From an uncultured Clostridia bacterium (GTDB taxonomy: Bacteria; Bacillota; Clostridia; Oscillospirales; Ruminococcaceae), in NCBI GenBank assembly GCA_947631455.1, contig CANRLH010000002.1:155312-219311 (forward strand): a stretch of 64,000 nucleotides of DNA, in the 5' to 3' direction. Both the position numbers and the translations under genes were made by a program. Shown here piece after piece: positions 60,248 through 64,000 of the stretch (positions are counted from its first letter, which is position 1; every line of letters begins with the position of its first letter). Under the pieces are notes generated by a model. It ran no database searches and was not told the DNA's origin. It saw only the letters and a program-made list of their open reading frames with translations.

Positions 60248-60277
60248 AAAGCCCCGGGAAATAATTCTCGGGGCTTT
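60248..60277. terminator. bidirectional terminator between convergent genes
   Basis: Stem AAAGCCCCG / CGGGGCTTT. Confidence 0.6.
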
Positions 60278-60521
60278 ACTCAATCACCTCATAGTTTTGT
60301 GCCGCATCTTCCTTTTTTGCGTATTCAACGACGTTTAACACCTTGATCTTAAGAGGCTTTTGCCCCATATTTATCTCGATAACGTCGCCCTCCTTAACGT
60401 CATAGGAAGCTTTTATCACTCGTCCGTTCACAAAGATACGTCCTGCGTCGCAGGCTTCATTTGCGACCGTGCGGCGCTTTATAACCCTAATAACCTTAAG
60501 GTACTTATCTATTCTCATCAA
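60276..60521 (-). CDS. S4-domain RNA-binding protein (YabO/Hsp15-like)
   Basis: 81 aa with MRIDKYLKVIRVIKRRTVANEACDAGRIFVNG. It keeps Bacillus yabN-yabO type synteny with mazG. Confidence 0.8.
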   Translation of the reverse strand: MMRIDKYLKVIRVIKRRTVANEACDAGRIFVNGRVIKASYDVKEGDVIEINMGQKPLKIKVLNVVEYAKKEDAAQNYEVIE

Positions 60522-60575
60522 TACCTCCTTAAGTAATCAAGCCTGCCGCACACAGCGACAGGCTTTAAAGCTTGT

Positions 60576-60851
60576 TTACTTACTTACAGCGTCCTTAAGA
60601 GCCTTACCTGCCTTGAAAGTAGGTGCTTTCTTTGCAGGAACATTTATAGTCTCCTTTGTTCTGGGGTTGATTGCTGTTTTAGCTGCTCTCTCCTTGACCT
60701 CAAATGTTCCAAAGCCAACAAGAGAGATCTTTTCTCCCTTTTTAAGAGAATCTGTGATAGTTTCAATAACAGTTGCAAGTGCCTTTTCTGCGTCCTTCTT
60801 AGAGTAATCTCCTTCGGCAGCGATTGCTGCGACCAACTCTGCTTTTGTCAT
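60576..60851 (-). CDS. hup: DNA-binding protein HU
   Basis: MTKAELVAAIA...GFGTFEVKERAAKTAINPRTKETINVPAKKAPTFKAGKALKDAV. Confidence 0.95.
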   Translation of the reverse strand: MTKAELVAAIAAEGDYSKKDAEKALATVIETITDSLKKGEKISLVGFGTFEVKERAAKTAINPRTKETINVPAKKAPTFKAGKALKDAVSK

Positions 60852-60884
60852 AAAAAAACCTCCTGTAAATTATACGTCTTTCCG

Positions 60885-61628
60885 CTACTCAGCGGACTGA
60901 TCTATGCTAAGGGTATATAGATTTTTACCCTTGAGCGCGTTATTATTCTCCGCCTTGCAGAAGTTTTTAATAAAGCGCTCGTTAAAGCTGTTAAGCGCTT
61001 CTTCAGGGTCGATCCCCTTAAGGCGAAGCAAATTTGCCGTGTAAAATAAAACGGCGCTCAGTGTGTCGGTATCAGCTCGATGGATACTTTTAAGCAAATC
61101 GGCAAGGGCAGTTTCAATAGTCTCTTCATTGTCCTCAACACCTGCACGGAAAGCGCGTTTCCCAAGCTTTGCCGATCTCATCAGCGCTGGAAACACCTTA
61201 GGAACAGCCTCAAGCGTTTCACCGTAGGTTTTTTGCTCCTTAGTATCCTTTTTAATGCTGTCCCAGTTTTTTAAAACCTCACCAGCATCATTTACTTTTA
61301 CATCTCCGAAGACATGCGGATGGCGCACGATAAGCTTTTTACAGATCTCATCGACAACGTCCGAAAAATCAAAGCCGCCGCGCTCCTCTTCAATGCGTGA
61401 ATGAAAAACAACCTGAAGCAAAAGGTCGCCAAGTTCTTCCTTAAGCATATCGGCGGAATCCTGAATAACTGCGTCATAAGCCTCATACGCTTCCTCAATA
61501 AGATCCATTTTTATTGAGGCATGAGTCTGCACAGCGTCCCACGGACATCCGCCCTCACCGCGCAGAACAGCCATTATTTTAATAAGATCGCCAACAGTAT
61601 ATTTTTCCTTGAACTCAAATTTTACCAT
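60885..61628 (-). CDS. mazG: MazG family nucleoside triphosphate pyrophosphohydrolase
   Basis: GCPWD, EEAYEAYDA, ELGDLLLQVVFH and RHPHVFG motifs. Confidence 0.9.
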   Translation of the reverse strand: MVKFEFKEKYTVGDLIKIMAVLRGEGGCPWDAVQTHASIKMDLIEEAYEAYDAVIQDSADMLKEELGDLLLQVVFHSRIEEERGGFDFSDVVDEICKKLIVRHPHVFGDVKVNDAGEVLKNWDSIKKDTKEQKTYGETLEAVPKVFPALMRSAKLGKRAFRAGVEDNEETIETALADLLKSIHRADTDTLSAVLFYTANLLRLKGIDPEEALNSFNERFIKNFCKAENNNALKGKNLYTLSIDQSAE

Positions 61629-61699
61629 AAATACCTCTGAGATGCATGAGCAAATTCACTTATACATGATAACAGATTTATCATTTTTTTTCAAGTACT

Positions 61700-63385
61700 T
61701 TAAGACAAAAATCTACATTTTAAATTCTTTTTGTTGATTTTAAATAATATTGACAGACTTAAAATGTATATTATGACAGAAATTATTACAGATGCCAGAA
61801 AACTTGTAATGTAACTGAAATAATTTTTTAACCAATCGTTTGAAATTAGCGCCGCCATAATGCAGTTCGCAGAAGCGTATAGTGGCTTGATGATATTTGT
61901 GAAAATGTCAATTTTGCAGTTTACCGTCTTAAAGTAGTAGACTGTTGATACTAAAGCGGTGATAATATAAAACACTGTGGTCGATATTGCCGCGCCTGAC
62001 ACTCCTAGTGCCGGTATTCTTATCAAAGCTATATTGAGTATAAGCTTTATTACAAGCGCACCAAGAAGAATGAATATCGGTACCTTCTCTTTACCTATGC
62101 TTTGCAGAAGAGAAAATGATGTAACAGTGAGGGAAATAAATACTGTCGCTATGCCTAAAATTGAGAGCGATTGCCAGCAGGCGTCTATTTCTGCCGTTCT
62201 GCCGTAAAACAGCGTTGTTAAAATCTCTTTAGAAAAAAAGGTTATTCCAAGTCCTGCGGGTATAGAAATTATCAATGTAACAAAAATCGTGTTTTGTGAA
62301 TTTCGGTTTATTGCTTCACGGTCGCCTCTTGCATAGTGGTGCGCGATGTTAGGCAGTGCTGATTTTCCGAGCATTGAAGTAAGCGAAGGAACAAGTGAGA
62401 AAACCGTAAGGGCAAGTCCCGTAAATGAGCCGTACATGAAAGCGGGAATGTCTTTTAAATCTACTCCTCCGGGGCTTTTTACAAAGGAAAGTTTTGAGCC
62501 GAATTTATCTATAAGTCCCTTGAGTATCGGCTGAATGGTAAGTGTGTCCACAACGGAGGTAACGGTAGTTATAACGCTGCTGAGTGCGATAGGAACAGCC
62601 AGCGCAATCAGAAAGCTTATTATATTTCTGCGCTTATCTGTGACTTTATCGAGGTTTAACTGCTCTTTGCTTATTCTGTATGAACGCTTTTTTGATATAA
62701 TAAACAGGTATATAGATGCCACACCTGTTGAAAGCGCAACTCCCAGAAGTGAAAATGCAGATATGTACGGAAGTGCCGCGGGAATAATATCATCGGCTGA
62801 GCGCACTAAATTGTGAAAGACAGTTCCGTGTTTTGAAAACTCATTTTGCGCCATAAAAAGAGCAAGATATGCGCCGCCTATACCGAACATGACCTTTAAA
62901 ACAGATTCTATTATTTCCGAGATGCAGGTGGGAAGCATATTGCGTCCGCCCTCAAAAAATCCTCTTTGCACCGACATAACGCTTGCAAAAAATATGCTCG
63001 GTGAGATTGCCGCGACCGACAAAAAAGCATCTCTTGAATGAAGAAGATAAACGCACACAGGATAACCGATAACAAGAGTTATGAGTGTAAATATAAGTCC
63101 GGTAAGTGAAAAGAAAAGCATTGATATTCTTTTTATCTTCAGCGCGTTTTTGTATCTTTTAAAGCTTAAGTTCTCAGAAACGGTCTTTGCAAGAGCCGTT
63201 GTAAGTCCGGATACAGATATTGCGAAAACGGGCATGAAAATAGAATAGGCTGACGAGTAATAGCTCATGCCTTCTCCGCCGAGAATATTTGTAAGAGGGA
63301 TTTTGTAAAAAAGCCCGAGAATTTTTGTCACAAGCATTGAGAACATCAAAATTGCCGAGCCTAAAAGAAAACCTTGTTTTTTCAT
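61700..63385 (-). CDS. MOP-superfamily flippase, SpoVB/YabM-like
   Basis: 561 aa with about 14 hydrophobic segments. The N-terminus FLLGSAILMFSMLVTKILGLFYKIPLTNILGGEGMSYYSSAYSIF is typical of the family. Sporulation gene neighbourhood. Confidence 0.8.
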   Translation of the reverse strand: MKKQGFLLGSAILMFSMLVTKILGLFYKIPLTNILGGEGMSYYSSAYSIFMPVFAISVSGLTTALAKTVSENLSFKRYKNALKIKRISMLFFSLTGLIFTLITLVIGYPVCVYLLHSRDAFLSVAAISPSIFFASVMSVQRGFFEGGRNMLPTCISEIIESVLKVMFGIGGAYLALFMAQNEFSKHGTVFHNLVRSADDIIPAALPYISAFSLLGVALSTGVASIYLFIISKKRSYRISKEQLNLDKVTDKRRNIISFLIALAVPIALSSVITTVTSVVDTLTIQPILKGLIDKFGSKLSFVKSPGGVDLKDIPAFMYGSFTGLALTVFSLVPSLTSMLGKSALPNIAHHYARGDREAINRNSQNTIFVTLIISIPAGLGITFFSKEILTTLFYGRTAEIDACWQSLSILGIATVFISLTVTSFSLLQSIGKEKVPIFILLGALVIKLILNIALIRIPALGVSGAAISTTVFYIITALVSTVYYFKTVNCKIDIFTNIIKPLYASANCIMAALISNDWLKNYFSYITSFLASVIISVIIYILSLSILFKINKKNLKCRFLS

Positions 63386-63398
63386 ACTATCTCCAATT

Positions 63399-63914
63399 TT
63401 AAAACATAATTGCTACAATATGAGAGCTTATTATCACGCTTGCTATATCGGCAAGCAAACACGCCGCTATAATTTTTCCCGTAGGTTTGATCTTAGCGGC
63501 AGAAAAATACACAGCGATAGTGTAAAAGGTAGTCTCGGTAGAGCCCATCATTACGCTTGCGATCCTGCCGGTTGAGGTGTCCGGACCGAATTCCTTGATC
63601 ACACTGTCAAACATCGCGAGTGCGCCTGAGCCGGAAAACGGGCGCATTACGCCAAGAGGAAGGCAGTTTTTGTCTACTCCAACGGCTTGTGCAAGCGGAG
63701 ATAAAAGCTCTGTTATAAGCGAAAGGGCGCCGGAGCTTTTAAGCATTGCGATCAGGGTTATAAGCAAAACAAGCGATGGCAAAATATCAAACGCTACCTT
63801 TACATTTTCCTTTGCACCTTGCAAAAAGGCTGAAAAAATATCGACCTTTTTAAACAAACCGAAAGCGCCTATGATAAGAAAAAAGCCGGGAAGTATCAGA
63901 TCAGTTACGCTCAT
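63399..63914 (-). CDS. spmB: spore maturation protein B
   Basis: 171 aa membrane protein of the nucleoside-recognition (Gate) family, with MRPFSGSGA and GSTETTFYT motifs. Confidence 0.8.
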   Translation of the reverse strand: MSVTDLILPGFFLIIGAFGLFKKVDIFSAFLQGAKENVKVAFDILPSLVLLITLIAMLKSSGALSLITELLSPLAQAVGVDKNCLPLGVMRPFSGSGALAMFDSVIKEFGPDTSTGRIASVMMGSTETTFYTIAVYFSAAKIKPTGKIIAACLLADIASVIISSHIVAIMF

Positions 63915-64000
63915 ATCTTTTTCTCTTTCTGTTTATATAAAGAATATTTACCGCTGCTATTCCGATAATAAGCGATAAAAGAGAGGTTATAAGCACAGCG
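63901..64000 (-). CDS. spmA: probable spore maturation protein A, 3' end (gene continues beyond window)
   Basis: The minus-strand frame reads ...AVLITSLLSLIIGIAAVNILYINRKRKRYERN*, a TM segment with a basic tail. It overlaps the spmB start by 14 nt. Identity is inferred from spmAB synteny only. Confidence 0.4.
   Translation of the reverse strand, partial: AVLITSLLSLIIGIAAVNILYINRKRKRYERN

Noticed and set aside
60540-60568. Hairpin AGCCTGCCGC / GCGACAGGCT downstream of hup (minus strand), considered as a terminator.
   Set aside because: The stem has a mismatch and the minus-strand U-tract is weak (TTGATT). It is plausible but not supported well enough to list as a feature.

Overview
This is a 64-kb chromosomal window from a spore-forming Firmicute. 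Gene order and content look Clostridia/Oscillospiraceae-like, but that is inference only. Most of it is conserved housekeeping.

**Plus strand, in order:**
- pyrH(3' end)-frr-uppS-cdsA-dxr-rseP-ispG-polC
- A histidine operon, hisZGDCBH-F-I-E, with no hisA
- pdxK-like kinase, pyrK-pyrD, addB-addA, pflB-pflA
- A purine operon, purE / purF-like / purF / purM / purN / purO-like / AICARFT-only purH, behind a structured leader with an intrinsic terminator

**Accessory segment (about 38.3-48.8 kb):** a complete type I-C CRISPR-Cas locus, cas3-cas5c-cas8c-cas7c-cas4-cas1-cas2. It has a 147-bp leader and a 33-repeat / 32-spacer array of identical 32-nt repeats.

**Downstream, mostly minus strand:**
- pyrB carrying a fused PyrI-type zinc domain, a Toprim protein, holA and comEC
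- CotF-like coat genes, an MFS transporter, purC and an Rrf2 regulator
- A polysaccharide deacetylase and a large acidic lipoprotein
- The yabO-like S4 gene, hup, mazG, a SpoVB/YabM-like flippase, spmB and the 3' end of spmA

**Novel systems:** I found no unambiguous new multi-gene system. The gaps around the cas genes contain no credible extra ORFs.

**Most notable observations:**
- A PolC that precisely lacks its proofreading exonuclease domain
- A Cys1-less PurF paralog in tandem with the real purF
- An unclassified riboswitch-like leader in front of purE
- A strong internal RBS and ATG inside cas8c, consistent with a hidden cas11c
- A PyrB-PyrI(Zn) fusion
- A his operon without hisA
- A ComEC with a degenerate metallo-beta-lactamase domain

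All calls rest on reading the translated ORFs and the DNA by eye. No database search was run.
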